From an uncultured Gemmatimonadales bacterium (GTDB lineage: Bacteria > Gemmatimonadota > Gemmatimonadetes > Gemmatimonadales > GWC2-71-9): 64,000 nt of DNA. Location of the stretch: NCBI GenBank assembly GCA_963842945.1, contig CAWJIM010000002.1, positions 32,001 to 96,000 of the forward strand, written 5' to 3'. The notes under the pieces are model-generated. The model made no database searches. It was given only the letters and a program-made list of their open reading frames with translations, and was not told the DNA's origin. Below are positions 35,207 through 44,918 of the stretch, in pieces (positions within the stretch are counted from its first letter, which is position 1; each line of letters starts with the position of its first letter). Position numbers and translations under genes: made by a program.

Positions 35207-36330
35207 CGGACCTTCAGCGTGGAGAGTGCGACCAGGGCGCAGAGCAGCCCAAGAATGTAGAACCGGGTGACCACGGTCGTTTCGGCCCAGCCCAGCTTCT
35301 CGAAGTGATGGTGCAGTGGCGCCATTCGGAACACGCGGTGGGCGTCGGCGTACTCGCGGCCGCGGGTCCGCTTGAACCATTTATACGTGCCGGTCTGGAG
35401 CAGCACCGAGATGGCCTCCGCCGCAAACACCCCGCCGATGAGGAGGAGCAGGAACTCCGCCTTGAGCAGAATGGCAACCGTCCCCAGCGCGCCGCCGATC
35501 GCGAGGCTGCCGGTGTCGCCCATGAAGACCTCGGCGGGATGGGCATTGAACCAGAGGAATCCGATGGTCGCACCCATGAGCGCGGCGCAAAAGACCGCCA
35601 GTTCGCCCGCGCCGGGCAAGTAGAAGACGTTGAGGTACGTGGTGACGTCCACTCGGCCGAAGAGGTACGCGAACACGGCAAAAGCTGCAGCCGCGATTCC
35701 CGCCAGGCCGGTGGCGAGCCCGTCGAGCCCGTCAGTCAGGTTGACCGCGTTGCTGCTCCCGGTGATCACCACGGTCACGAATACAATGAAAAGCCAGGGA
35801 GCAAAATTCACCACCAGGTACTTGAAGAACGGAAGCGTCGTAGCGGTGGCGGGAAGCACATCGGCCGGCACCACCGGGTTGAAGGCTAGAAACAGCCCAA
35901 GCAGGAGGCCGAAGCTGCATTGCCCGGCCAGCTTCCAGCGGGCAACCAGGCCGCGGGATTTCCCCTGCACGATCTTGAGGTAGTCGTCGAGGAAGCCGAT
36001 GCAGCCCATCCACAAGGTGGACAGCATGGCGACCACCACGTAGCGATTGGTCAGCGGAGCCCAGAGCAGCGTCGGAACCACCGTAGCCAGGAGGATGATG
36101 AGGCCGCCCATCGTGGGGGTGCCCCGCTTACTCTGATGGCTCGCCGGTCCCTCTGCCCGGACCACCTGACCCACCTTACGCGCCCGGAGGCGGCGAATGA
36201 CCGGTGGTCCCACGACAAATGCGAGGAGAAGCGCAGTGACGGTCGCGCCCGCAGCCCGAAAGCTGATGTAGTTGAAAAGATTGAAGATGATATAGGTCTT
36301 GCCGAGCGGGGCGAGCCAGTGATAGAACAT
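35203..36330 (-). CDS. mraY: Phospho-N-acetylmuramoyl-pentapeptide transferase
   Basis: GTPTMGG, DDYLK, NAVNLTDGLDGL, FMGDTGS and PLHHHFE. Confidence 0.98.
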   Translation of the reverse strand: MFYHWLAPLGKTYIIFNLFNYISFRAAGATVTALLLAFVVGPPVIRRLRARKVGQVVRAEGPASHQSKRGTPTMGGLIILLATVVPTLLWAPLTNRYVVVAMLSTLWMGCIGFLDDYLKIVQGKSRGLVARWKLAGQCSFGLLLGLFLAFNPVVPADVLPATATTLPFFKYLVVNFAPWLFIVFVTVVITGSSNAVNLTDGLDGLATGLAGIAAAAFAVFAYLFGRVDVTTYLNVFYLPGAGELAVFCAALMGATIGFLWFNAHPAEVFMGDTGSLAIGGALGTVAILLKAEFLLLLIGGVFAAEAISVLLQTGTYKWFKRTRGREYADAHRVFRMAPLHHHFEKLGWAETTVVTRFYILGLLCALVALSTLKVR

Positions 36331-36336
36331 CGAACC

Positions 36337-37749
36337 TCAGCGGGGATGTAGCGGAGCACCGGGGGGGTCGACGTGCTTCGCGCGAGCCTTGAGCGCCGGA
36401 AGTATACGCTCCAAGGCCACGCCACGGGATGCCTTCAGCACCACGATCTCGTCTCCCCTGAGATGTTGGGCCAGTCGCGGCGCGAGCTCCAGCGGGTCGG
36501 CGGCCGTGATCAGACGATGCCGCAGCGCCCCGGCATAGGGCTCCAGGGCGGGCACGAACTCCCCCACCGCCGCGAGCAGCTCCGGGTGCAGCTCCACCAG
36601 CTCCTCCGCTATCTCTCGATGGAGCCGCGGGGATTCAGAGCCCAGCTCTCGCATGGTCCCCGCGACAAACACCAGGCGCCGGTTGCCCCGCATGGCCCTC
36701 GCGGTAGCGATCACGGCCCGGAATGATTGTGGGTTGGCGTTGTAGCAGTCGTTGAGGAAAGTGAGCTGTCCTTCCTGCACCAGCTCGCCGCGTCCGCCCG
36801 GCATCGCGAACTCTTCCAGGGCCTGGGCCGCCCGGCGCAGGTCGAGCCCCAGCTCCTCAGCCACCGCCCAGACACGAATAGCGTTGTCCGCCTGATGGAG
36901 ACCGCGGGTCCCCAGCACGAACCTCTGGCCCGCGATCGAGATCACCGGACGTGCGTCGCCGTTCAGGCTGACGCTGTCCGGCACAAGGTCGGCGCCCTTT
37001 AGCGCCGCGGTACGGACCCGCCCGGCCCGTTTGCGGGCGCCCTCAGCGAGGGCCGGCGGATCAGTCCCCACGACGGCGAGCGGTACCCCCTGCGTCAGCG
37101 AGAGTTTCTCCTCCATGACGCCGGCCAATGAACCGAACCCCTCCAGGTGTCCCGCCACCGCATTGGTGACGATGGTGATCGCGGGCTCGATGATCTCTCG
37201 ATACCGCGCGATTTCTCCGGGAAGGTTCGCTCCCGCTTCAACGATCAGCGCCTCGGTGTCAGAAGGCGCTTCCAGAATGGTGAGCGGAACGCCGACGAGA
37301 TTGTTGAGGTTTGCTCGGGTAGCGTAGGTTCGATATCGAGTGCTGAGCACGGCGGCAAGCATTTGCTTGGTGCTGGTCTTGCCATTGGTGCCGGTTACCG
37401 CGACGACTGGCCCGCTCAGAGCTCGTCGTCTGGCGCGGGCCAGCAGACCGAAGGCGCGGAGCGGGTCGTCCACCTCGAAGAAGTGCAGCGGCGGAACACC
37501 GGCGGTTCCGCGCCGTACTACAGCACCTTTGGCTCCTGCCTTGGCAACGACCGGCAAATAGTCGTGACCGTCGAAGCGTTCACCCTGGAGCGCGACGAAC
37601 AAAGCGCCGGGACTGATGGCGCGGCTGTCGGTGGAGATGCCGTTGTAGGTAACTTCCGCGTCGCCAACATCCGGTTTTATACCAAGGGCGGCTTTTATTG
37701 CTGCCGCGGACCAGGTACCGCCGGCGGTCGTCGCCTGGTCAGCGCTCAC
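36337..37749 (-). CDS. murF: UDP-MurNAc-tripeptide--D-Ala-D-Ala ligase
   Basis: TDSR, GERFDGH, GTNGKTSTK, DCYNANP and KASRG. Confidence 0.96.
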   Translation of the reverse strand: MSADQATTAGGTWSAAAIKAALGIKPDVGDAEVTYNGISTDSRAISPGALFVALQGERFDGHDYLPVVAKAGAKGAVVRRGTAGVPPLHFFEVDDPLRAFGLLARARRRALSGPVVAVTGTNGKTSTKQMLAAVLSTRYRTYATRANLNNLVGVPLTILEAPSDTEALIVEAGANLPGEIARYREIIEPAITIVTNAVAGHLEGFGSLAGVMEEKLSLTQGVPLAVVGTDPPALAEGARKRAGRVRTAALKGADLVPDSVSLNGDARPVISIAGQRFVLGTRGLHQADNAIRVWAVAEELGLDLRRAAQALEEFAMPGGRGELVQEGQLTFLNDCYNANPQSFRAVIATARAMRGNRRLVFVAGTMRELGSESPRLHREIAEELVELHPELLAAVGEFVPALEPYAGALRHRLITAADPLELAPRLAQHLRGDEIVVLKASRGVALERILPALKARAKHVDPPGAPLHPR

Positions 37750-39209
37750 CGTTCACCTCGGACCAGTCCCTGCACAATCTCCCGTTCGTCGAAGTCGATC
37801 CTTCTGGTGCCGATGACCTGGTAGGTCTCGTGCCCCTTGCCGGCGAGCAGAATGGTGTCGCCGGCCCGGCCCTGGTTCAATGCCGCCTCTATGGCTGAGA
37901 GCCGGTCGGGGATGCGCAGGTGGGGGGCGCCCCCCATTCCGCGCTCGATCTCGTCGATGATGGTTCCAGGATCCTCGGTGCGCGGGTTGTCCGAAGTGGC
38001 TATCGCCAGGTCGGACAGCTCGGCCGCGATGCGTCCCATCAGCGGCCGCTTCCCTTTATCCCGGTCGCCCCCACAGCCGAACACCAGGATGATTCGTCCC
38101 GGCGTGAGTGGCCGCAGGGTCCGGAGGGCCCGTTCCAGCGAGTCGGGAGTATGGGAATAGTCCCGCAGAACCGTGCAGGGAACGTTCGAGATGCGCTCCA
38201 TCCGACCAGGGATCTGGGGTGCCGTCGCCAGCCGCTCGATTACTTCCTGCAGAGAAAGCTCCAGCCCGAGCGCCGCGGCTGCGGCAGCAAGCGCGTTGCT
38301 GACGTTGAAGTCACCCAACAGGGGCAGGAGTACCTCGGACGAGCCGAACCGGCCCGTCAGCAGGAAACAGGAGCCGCCCGCGTTGAGACTGATCTGTGTG
38401 GCTCGGACGTCGGCTGCGGGATGGAGGCCAAACGTGACCCGGCGATTGCGGGACGGCAATGCCCTCCAAGCGTCGTCATCGAGATTGACCACCTCGACGC
38501 CTGAAGGTCGAAGCAGATCGGCCAGGCGAAGCTTGGACCCGAGATATGCCTCCATGGTCCCGTGATAATCCAGGTGATCGCGGGTGAGATTGGTAAAAAC
38601 TCCCGCAGCAAAGCTGAGCCCATCCAGGCGTCCCTGATCGAGACTGTGCGACGAAGTTTCCATCGCCACGTGGGTGACTCCCCTGCTCTGCAATGCCGCC
38701 AATGTCGCCTGCAAATCAATGGGTCCGGGCGTGGTCAGTGAGCCGGCAGTCGAGGGAACCGGTTGGTCAGCACCGTCGAAGGCGCCCAGAGTACCGATGC
38801 TGCCGGCGTTCTGATTTCGGTTCAGGAGATGGCGGATAAGTCCGGTGGTGGTGGTCTTGCCGTTGGTGCCGGTGACTCCAATTAAGGAGAGGCGCCGCGC
38901 CGGATGACCATACCACGCAGCGCCGAGTACCTGAGCGGCGCGTCGGCTGTCTCCAACCACAATCTCGGGAACACCCGACTTTTGCGGACTTTCCACAATA
39001 ACGGCTGAAACCCCTCTTCCTACGGCATCCGGCACAAAGCGATGGCCGTCGGCCTGCGATCCGCGAACAGCGATGTAGAAGCTGCCCCGATCGACGCTGC
39101 GGCTGTCCACGCCCAAGGCACGAGGGTCTGGCCCGGCGTCCGGTGCCTCGCTCAGGAGATCGGCACGACGGAGCTCATCAACAACCTGAGACCAGGTCAG
39201 TCCGCCCAT
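37746..39209 (-). CDS. murE: UDP-MurNAc-dipeptide--meso-DAP ligase
   Basis: GTNGKTTT, DHLDYH, FGCGGDRD, DNPR (DAP-type) and AGKGHE. Confidence 0.97.
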   Translation of the reverse strand: MGGLTWSQVVDELRRADLLSEAPDAGPDPRALGVDSRSVDRGSFYIAVRGSQADGHRFVPDAVGRGVSAVIVESPQKSGVPEIVVGDSRRAAQVLGAAWYGHPARRLSLIGVTGTNGKTTTTGLIRHLLNRNQNAGSIGTLGAFDGADQPVPSTAGSLTTPGPIDLQATLAALQSRGVTHVAMETSSHSLDQGRLDGLSFAAGVFTNLTRDHLDYHGTMEAYLGSKLRLADLLRPSGVEVVNLDDDAWRALPSRNRRVTFGLHPAADVRATQISLNAGGSCFLLTGRFGSSEVLLPLLGDFNVSNALAAAAAALGLELSLQEVIERLATAPQIPGRMERISNVPCTVLRDYSHTPDSLERALRTLRPLTPGRIILVFGCGGDRDKGKRPLMGRIAAELSDLAIATSDNPRTEDPGTIIDEIERGMGGAPHLRIPDRLSAIEAALNQGRAGDTILLAGKGHETYQVIGTRRIDFDEREIVQGLVRGER

Positions 39210-41167
39210 ACCACCACCGTGGTGCCGGGCGTGGCCGTGGCGCCAGCAGCCGGTACGGTCTTGCTGACTCGGCCCAGACCGCGCAGGGTCACCCTGAAGC
39301 CCTGGCGATGGAGCAGCAAGGCCGCCTCCCGAACCGGACGACCCTCGACCTCCGGTACCAACCGCGCTTCGTCATCGACTTTCGGACTACTGTAGGGCCA
39401 GGGCACTACCAATCGAGCCATCGTCGCTGCATTGGACGAGGTCCGGGATTCCGGTGCGGCTGCCGTATCGAGGTCGGTAAAGCGACTGCGGTCGATCGCG
39501 ACCCGGCGGGAGGCCAACGCTTGCTGCAACATCGTTCGAGTCACGGGAGCTGCGGTGAGGCCGCCGTAGTATTTGCCCTGGGGATTGTCGATTTTGACGA
39601 TCACCGCAAGCTGCGGATTGTCAGCCGGGAAAAGAGCGGCAAACGATGCGGTGTATTCTCCGCGCACATAGCGGCCGTTCTCGAAACGCACGGAGGTTCC
39701 GGTCTTGCCCAGCAAGGTGTAGTTCACCAATTGAGCCTCTTCTCCGGTTCCCCCCTCCCCAGCCGCACCCTTGAGGTACTCTCGGAGCTTTGCCGCTATA
39801 GGTGGCGGCACCACCTGGCGCACCGGCTCGGGATGATGACGATACAGGAGATCTCCTTGCGGGCTTCGGATCTCCCGAACCAGGGTGGGGGTGAGCAGCA
39901 ATCCGTTGTTGGCAATGGCGCCATAGGCCACGGCCAGTTGAACCGGAGTTACCCCGAACTCGTAGCCCATCGCGAGACTGGCTCGGGTGTACATCGGCTG
40001 CCATTTGTCGGGCCGGGCCAGGCGGCCCCTCGACTCAGAGGGAAACTCCGCCCCGGTGGGCGTACCGAAGCCGAAGTCCCGCAGCATCTCGAATTGTTCT
40101 TCCGAAGACAGGCGGGACGAGAACTTTGCGATGCCGATATTGCTGGAAACCTGAATAGTCTGAGCCAGCGTCAGAGCACCGGGGGTCTTATGCGCATCGG
40201 TGATCACCCGGGTGACACCGCTGCTGGTGATCGGCATATGCCAGGTCCCGCCTTCGGCAAAGACCCGGTCGGAACTGTCCACCCGCTGATGTAGCAAGAG
40301 GGCCGCCGCGGTAAACAGCTTGGCCGTGCTTCCAGGCTCGAACGGATCGGTGAACGTGGAGGCGCGGTTTGAGGTATAGCCTGAACGGCCGGCGGGCTGG
40401 CGGGAAGCAAGGGCGAGCAGCTCCCCATTATTGGGGTCTAAAAAGACCACATCGCCGCCTTCTGCGTCCATCCTCGACAGCGCATCGTCCAGTCCCCGCT
40501 CCGCAATCTCCTGCAGCTCCGCGTCTATCGTGAGAATGACGTCGTTGCCGGCCGCGGGCTCGCGGATCACTCGAGCCGGGGAGTCGTAGCGGCGGCCCGC
40601 GCGATCCTTGAGGAGCACCGCCTCTCCCGGGGCGCCGGTGAGGATAGAGTCCAGCGAGAGCTCGAGTCCCGCGGCGCCACTCTCCCGCTCCGCCGAAAGT
40701 CCGCCAATGATGGGCCGGGCCAGGAGTCGAGAGGGGTAGAATCGCTGATAATCCTGACTCAGATGGACGCCACTGACCCGGCGTAAAGGCTGCACCTGGG
40801 TGGCGCTGAAGGGGCCGTGGTAATAAACCCAGCGCTTGCCGGAGCGAAGATCGCGGGAGAGCACAGGCCAGGGGATGCCGAGTTGACGGCTAACCAGGCG
40901 CGCGGAGGTGCGGACGTCAGTCAGCTCGTTGGGGGCAATGCCGACGTGATAGAACTCCTGGCTGATCGCAAGCGGCACGCCGTTTCGATCGAACAGCCCT
41001 CCGCGCCGGGCGGGAAGCACGGCACGTTCGGTCCGCTGGCGGCGGGCCTGCTCCCCCCACCGCTCTCCCTGGAACAGTTGGAGCTGCGCCGCACGGGCGA
41101 GAATGGCTGCGATAACCAGAGCAAACCCAAGCTGAACCGCCGCGATCCGCACCAGCGGTTTGGCCAT
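39197..41167 (-). CDS. ftsI: Peptidoglycan transpeptidase FtsI/PBP3 with a C-terminal PASTA-like domain
   Basis: EPGSTAK (SxxK), SSN and KTG motifs. Confidence 0.94.
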   Translation of the reverse strand: MAKPLVRIAAVQLGFALVIAAILARAAQLQLFQGERWGEQARRQRTERAVLPARRGGLFDRNGVPLAISQEFYHVGIAPNELTDVRTSARLVSRQLGIPWPVLSRDLRSGKRWVYYHGPFSATQVQPLRRVSGVHLSQDYQRFYPSRLLARPIIGGLSAERESGAAGLELSLDSILTGAPGEAVLLKDRAGRRYDSPARVIREPAAGNDVILTIDAELQEIAERGLDDALSRMDAEGGDVVFLDPNNGELLALASRQPAGRSGYTSNRASTFTDPFEPGSTAKLFTAAALLLHQRVDSSDRVFAEGGTWHMPITSSGVTRVITDAHKTPGALTLAQTIQVSSNIGIAKFSSRLSSEEQFEMLRDFGFGTPTGAEFPSESRGRLARPDKWQPMYTRASLAMGYEFGVTPVQLAVAYGAIANNGLLLTPTLVREIRSPQGDLLYRHHPEPVRQVVPPPIAAKLREYLKGAAGEGGTGEEAQLVNYTLLGKTGTSVRFENGRYVRGEYTASFAALFPADNPQLAVIVKIDNPQGKYYGGLTAAPVTRTMLQQALASRRVAIDRSRFTDLDTAAAPESRTSSNAATMARLVVPWPYSSPKVDDEARLVPEVEGRPVREAALLLHRQGFRVTLRGLGRVSKTVPAAGATATPGTTVVVWAD

Positions 41168-41469
41168 CAGCGACTCCCTCCGGCCGGAGGCGAAGGAACC
41201 GCAAAGAGCACAAACTCCGAGTCGGCCGGTTCGTGGAGCCCCAAGCCGCGGCGAGCTAGGGGCACCAGCACCTCCCGGCTGGAAGCCACCCGGATGCGGC
41301 GCTCCAGGTCCGTTCGCCGTGCCTCAAGGCTGCCGCGGACTTCGCGCAGCTCACGGAGCCTGCGAGCCGTCTTGAACGCGGCAGTCTGACGGCCGACCAC
41401 GATCAAGGCTCCGCCCAGAAAAACCAACAGCCACAGCAATACCCAGTGTCGCCCCCTAAGCCGAAGCAT
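41167..41469 (-). CDS. ftsL: Cell division protein FtsL-like
   Basis: Short cytoplasmic part, TM and coiled coil; lies between rsmH and ftsI. Confidence 0.75.
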   Translation of the reverse strand: MLRLRGRHWVLLWLLVFLGGALIVVGRQTAAFKTARRLRELREVRGSLEARRTDLERRIRVASSREVLVPLARRGLGLHEPADSEFVLFAVPSPPAGGSR

Positions 41470-42376
41470 TGACGACGAAGGTTCGGAGTTTGGCGCTCCT
41501 CGCTCGCGGATTGGCCTCGAGCTCGTCGCTAGCGGGAAGGAGGGGCTTGCGTGGCTGAACCCGGCCCTGCGGCCTGGCGCCGCAGATACAGACTGGAAGG
41601 CCCGGAGGACAGACGCAGTCCGCACTCCAGCTGCGGAACGCGTGCTTCACCAGCCTATCTTCGCCTGAATGATAGGTAATGATCGACAGCCTTCCCTCCG
41701 GCTTGAGTGCATCGCGAAGGACCGGGAGAGCCCGCTCCAGGTCTTCCAGTTCTCGATTCACCGCAATCCGCACGGCCTGGAAGATCCGGGCGAAGTCACC
41801 CGGTCCACTCTGAGGGCCCAGAACCGCGCGGATGGCGTTGACCAGGTCGTCGCTCGTGCTGAAGCCTTGCCGTTGCCGGCGCCGCACGATCTCGGCCGCC
41901 AGACGCCGCGCTCGCCGTTCGTCTCCGTAGTCCCGGAAAATCTGTTCGAGGGTAGCAGCGTCGGCTTCGTTCAGCAGCTGGGCCGCCGTATCGTCACCGG
42001 AGCCCATCCGCATGTCGAGCGGCGCACCAGGACGGAAGGTAAAACCGCGGCCTTCCTCGTCCAGTTGGCGGGAAGACACCCCGAGATCGAGGAGGATGAA
42101 ATCCGGTCCAAAGCGGGTCACTGTCTCGAGCGCCTCCGGCGAGCCGTATGAGGCCTGGAGATAGTGGATGCCGGTCTCGCCCAGGCGGCGGCGGCTGATC
42201 GCAATAGCCTCCGGGTCCCGGTCGATTCCGAGGACCTGTGCGCCGCTGCTGAGTAGAGCCGCGGCGTGCCCGCCGTCCCCCAACGTCGCATCGACTACCC
42301 GGCGTGCTCCCCGGGCAGCTTCGAGCACCGGTGTCAGCAGCACCGGCACATGGTACTTCGCTTCGGGTTCGAACAT
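41456..42376 (-). CDS. rsmH: 16S rRNA m4C1402 methyltransferase
   Basis: HVPVLL, DATLGDGGH, DLGVSS.QLD, LDMRM, YHSGEDR and NPRARSAKLR; start ATG 42376. Confidence 0.97.
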   Translation of the reverse strand: MFEPEAKYHVPVLLTPVLEAARGARRVVDATLGDGGHAAALLSSGAQVLGIDRDPEAIAISRRRLGETGIHYLQASYGSPEALETVTRFGPDFILLDLGVSSRQLDEEGRGFTFRPGAPLDMRMGSGDDTAAQLLNEADAATLEQIFRDYGDERRARRLAAEIVRRRQRQGFSTSDDLVNAIRAVLGPQSGPGDFARIFQAVRIAVNRELEDLERALPVLRDALKPEGRLSIITYHSGEDRLVKHAFRSWSADCVCPPGLPVCICGARPQGRVQPRKPLLPASDELEANPRARSAKLRTFVVNASA

Positions 42377-42402
42377 GCGAGCTCTGAAGGGCTGAAACAC
42401 AA

Positions 42403-42426
42403 CACCCCGTCCGGAGGGACGGGGTG
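42403..42426 (-). terminator. GC hairpin after tRNA-Asp, possible intrinsic terminator or processing stem
   Basis: Minus strand CACCCCGTCC-CTCC-GGACGGGGTG (10-bp stem) followed by TTGTGTTT. Confidence 0.6.
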
Positions 42427-42446
42427 AGGTGGTTTCGAGAAGCGAG

Positions 42447-42521
42447 CGGGGCTGACGGGGCTCGAACCCGCGACCTCCGCAGTGACAGTGCGGCACTCTA
42501 ACCAAGCTGAGCTACAGCCCC
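42447..42521 (-). tRNA. tRNA-Asp (GTC), CCA not encoded
   Basis: GGGGCTGTAGCTCAGCTTGGTTAGAGTGCCGCACT-GTC-ACTGCGGAGGTCGCGGGTTCGAGCCCCGTCAGCCCCG cloverleaf. Confidence 0.97.
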
Positions 42522-42535
42522 CGTTAGGGAGCGGG

Positions 42536-42564
42536 AATATAGGCGGGAAGAGAGGGAGGGTCTA
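42536..42564 (-). promoter_or_regulatory. Sigma70-like promoter of tRNA-Asp
   Basis: Minus strand TAGACC, 17-bp spacer, TATATT, then a GC-rich discriminator CCCGC. Confidence 0.55.
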
Positions 42565-42580
42565 GGGTAGACCCTCACCA

Positions 42581-44485
42581 TTAAGCCTTCTTCTTCTCCC
42601 CCTTACAGTACGCCTTCAGCATGGAATTGATTCTCGGCGTGTACTTCTTGATGATGCCGAGATTCTTGTCCACCGCCTGAGGGTTCACCGAGCGACCAGC
42701 CGTCAGAGCAGAGTCAGCACCGGCCAGCAGCGCCTGCTCCTGCTTGGCGCCATCACACGACTTCTGCTTTTCGGTGACGGGATCGATCTGCGGCACCTGG
42801 AACAGGAGAGCCAAGCCAAGCAGGTAGTTCGCGGCCGGGTGCACCTTTCCAGCCGGATTGGCGGACTGAGCCGAAAGTCGAAGCAGCTGCTCCGCTCCCT
42901 GCAGATCCTGCGGCTGCTGCAGCAGCGGCGCGGCGCCGGTGTATAGCAGAGCGGCCGCCTGTTCCTTCCGCTGGGGATCCCCATGCTTGATGGCGAACTC
43001 GAGGAACGGTACCGCTTCCTTAGGCCGCGGGGTGAATCCGGATGGGTCGCCTCCCGCGGCGCCGCGAGAAACCGAGTCCTTCGCGGCCCCAGTCGGAGCA
43101 GAATCCGGCCGCACCGCCGCAGTGGACCCGGCGGCGGAATCCTTCGGCGCCGCCCGACCGGCGGAGTCCGGCCGTTGGGTACTGGCCTGGTCCGGCGGCA
43201 TGATCAGCGCCTGAGCCGCAGCGAGGGCGGCAATCACGCCGGTTTCCGTCGTGTCTTTGGCAATGATGCGATTGGTGACGGACACGACGCTGTCCGTCTG
43301 GCCGTTCATCATGTACCCCTTGTTCAGATATCCCAACAGCGTTGGGTTGTTGGGATACTTCCGAACGCCGATCTGGGACCACTTGAGCAACCGCACCTTG
43401 TCCGGGTTCTCACCCTCGGAAGCCGCCGCCGAGATCTTGGTAAAGAAGAGCGTATCCGCCTTGGTGGAGTCGGTGGCATACATCGTCTCCAGCGCGTCCA
43501 CCGCACACTTGAAGTCGCCGAGGAACAGGCAAGCGTTGCTCTTGAGGTCGTACAGATCGGCATTGTAGGGATCCAGCTTGAGGCCGGAATCGGCTATCGC
43601 CTTGGCTGTCTCCGGATGTCCGGACTGCAGGAAGTATTTGAACAGCTCCTCCCGCAGCTTCTGGTTCGTCGGCGCCACCCGCAGCATCTGTCCGAATGCC
43701 ACCAGAGTGTTGGCGGTATCATTGGCCTGCTGGTACTGACCGGCCAAAGCGGTCCACACGGGAAGGCTGAGCGGATCTCCCTTGGTGGCGGCTTGCAGGT
43801 GTTTGACGACCTCAGCGCGCGGGGCCTTCTTGTCCGCGGCAATCTGGGCGAGACAGAATTCCGCCAACCCATGATTGGGAAGCGTCTTGACCGCCTTTCC
43901 GGCCGCGTCCTGCGCCTTGTCGGCCTTGGTGGTTCGCTGGTCCACGCAGGCCTTGGCGTCGGGGAGCGCCTTCACCGCCGGCTCCAGAGCCTTGGCGACC
44001 TGTTTCCCAAAGTCTACCGGCGCCTGGCCCTGGCCCTGGGTCAGCGTGACGACGTACCCGGCGTCGTCGTTCACCCCAATCAGGCGGGCGGTCACAGTCG
44101 GCCGGCCATTGTTCGCTTTGGCCAGGGTGCCGGTCACGATAACCCGGGCCTGAATGTTTTTGGCCAGGGTAGTGGCCAGTGGCGGACTCAGAATGGCATC
44201 GATCGGATAGCCGTACTGCTTCAGCGCGTCGTTCATTTGAGTCTGTTCGATCACGGTGAAGTTCCGGCCTACGATGTCTTTGATCTCCTGACGCATCGCG
44301 GTTCCGATTTGCACCGCAGCCCCCGAGTCACCGGGAGCGTAAGCAAACGGGTTCGCGACCATCAGGCGCGGAGCATTCGTCACCGCTTGCGTGGTGCGAG
44401 CACCGCGAGGTATGCCTTGCGCAGCGAGAGGGGCGGACAGCGCAGCCGCAACCGCAGCAAATCCAACGAAACGCGACAGGTACAT
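42581..44485 (-). CDS. Secreted TPR-like helical-repeat protein
   Basis: GGGGAG RBS, signal peptide MYLSRFVGFAAVAAALSAPLAAQ, helical repeats ending DP/AP/YP.N, Cys pairs. Confidence 0.8.
   Translation of the reverse strand: MYLSRFVGFAAVAAALSAPLAAQGIPRGARTTQAVTNAPRLMVANPFAYAPGDSGAAVQIGTAMRQEIKDIVGRNFTVIEQTQMNDALKQYGYPIDAILSPPLATTLAKNIQARVIVTGTLAKANNGRPTVTARLIGVNDDAGYVVTLTQGQGQAPVDFGKQVAKALEPAVKALPDAKACVDQRTTKADKAQDAAGKAVKTLPNHGLAEFCLAQIAADKKAPRAEVVKHLQAATKGDPLSLPVWTALAGQYQQANDTANTLVAFGQMLRVAPTNQKLREELFKYFLQSGHPETAKAIADSGLKLDPYNADLYDLKSNACLFLGDFKCAVDALETMYATDSTKADTLFFTKISAAASEGENPDKVRLLKWSQIGVRKYPNNPTLLGYLNKGYMMNGQTDSVVSVTNRIIAKDTTETGVIAALAAAQALIMPPDQASTQRPDSAGRAAPKDSAAGSTAAVRPDSAPTGAAKDSVSRGAAGGDPSGFTPRPKEAVPFLEFAIKHGDPQRKEQAAALLYTGAAPLLQQPQDLQGAEQLLRLSAQSANPAGKVHPAANYLLGLALLFQVPQIDPVTEKQKSCDGAKQEQALLAGADSALTAGRSVNPQAVDKNLGIIKKYTPRINSMLKAYCKGEKKKA
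43050..43175 (-). repeat. Imperfect ~21-codon tandem duplication in a low-complexity linker
   Basis: RPDSAGRAAPKDSAAGSTAAV / RPDSAPTGAAKDSVSRGAAGG. Confidence 0.6.
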
Positions 44486-44549
44486 TCTGGATCTCCCCAA
44501 CAAGACGGCCCTCTTGGACCAACACAGTCCCGCCTAATGCGGGGACGAG

Positions 44550-44624
44550 TGGGCGAAGAGGGATTCGAACCCCCGACATCCTGCGTGTAAGGCAGGCGCT
44601 CTGAACCAGCTGAGCTATTCGCCC
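44550..44624 (-). tRNA. tRNA-Val (TAC), CCA not encoded
   Basis: GGGCGAATAGCTCAGCTGGTTCAGAGCGCCTGCCT-TAC-ACGCAGGATGTCGGGGGTTCGAATCCCTCTTCGCCCA cloverleaf. Confidence 0.97.
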
Positions 44625-44695
44625 TGATCGAGCATCACGGCTGCTAAGTTTTTAGCGGTATCGCAGAGACCGTGCCGTGACGAGCAACACCCCGG

Positions 44696-44902
44696 CTACA
44701 AAGCGATGCCGATCGGAAACAGGACGCAATAACCGAAGACCAGGATCACCGCAGCTGCGCTAGGGTGACCGGCTCGAAGTGTCAGATACCCGATTACCAG
44801 CACGAGAACCGCCAGCGCCAGGATGATGAGGTTTCGTGGGGCCAGCACGAAATGCCTGGGCGGAGCCTGCCCCGGACGGGTGGAAGGGCGAGGATTCGAC
44901 AT
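44696..44902 (-). CDS. Small two-TM membrane protein (DUF3098-like)
   Basis: RNLIILALAVLVLVIGY...SAAAVILVFGYCVLFPIGI. Confidence 0.65.
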   Translation of the reverse strand: MSNPRPSTRPGQAPPRHFVLAPRNLIILALAVLVLVIGYLTLRAGHPSAAAVILVFGYCVLFPIGIAL

Positions 44903-44918
44903 ATTGAGGATGAGGCTA

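Noticed and set aside
42447..44624. Genomic island or prophage integrated at the tRNAs
   Set aside because: No integrase, no duplicated tRNA 3' end and no phage genes
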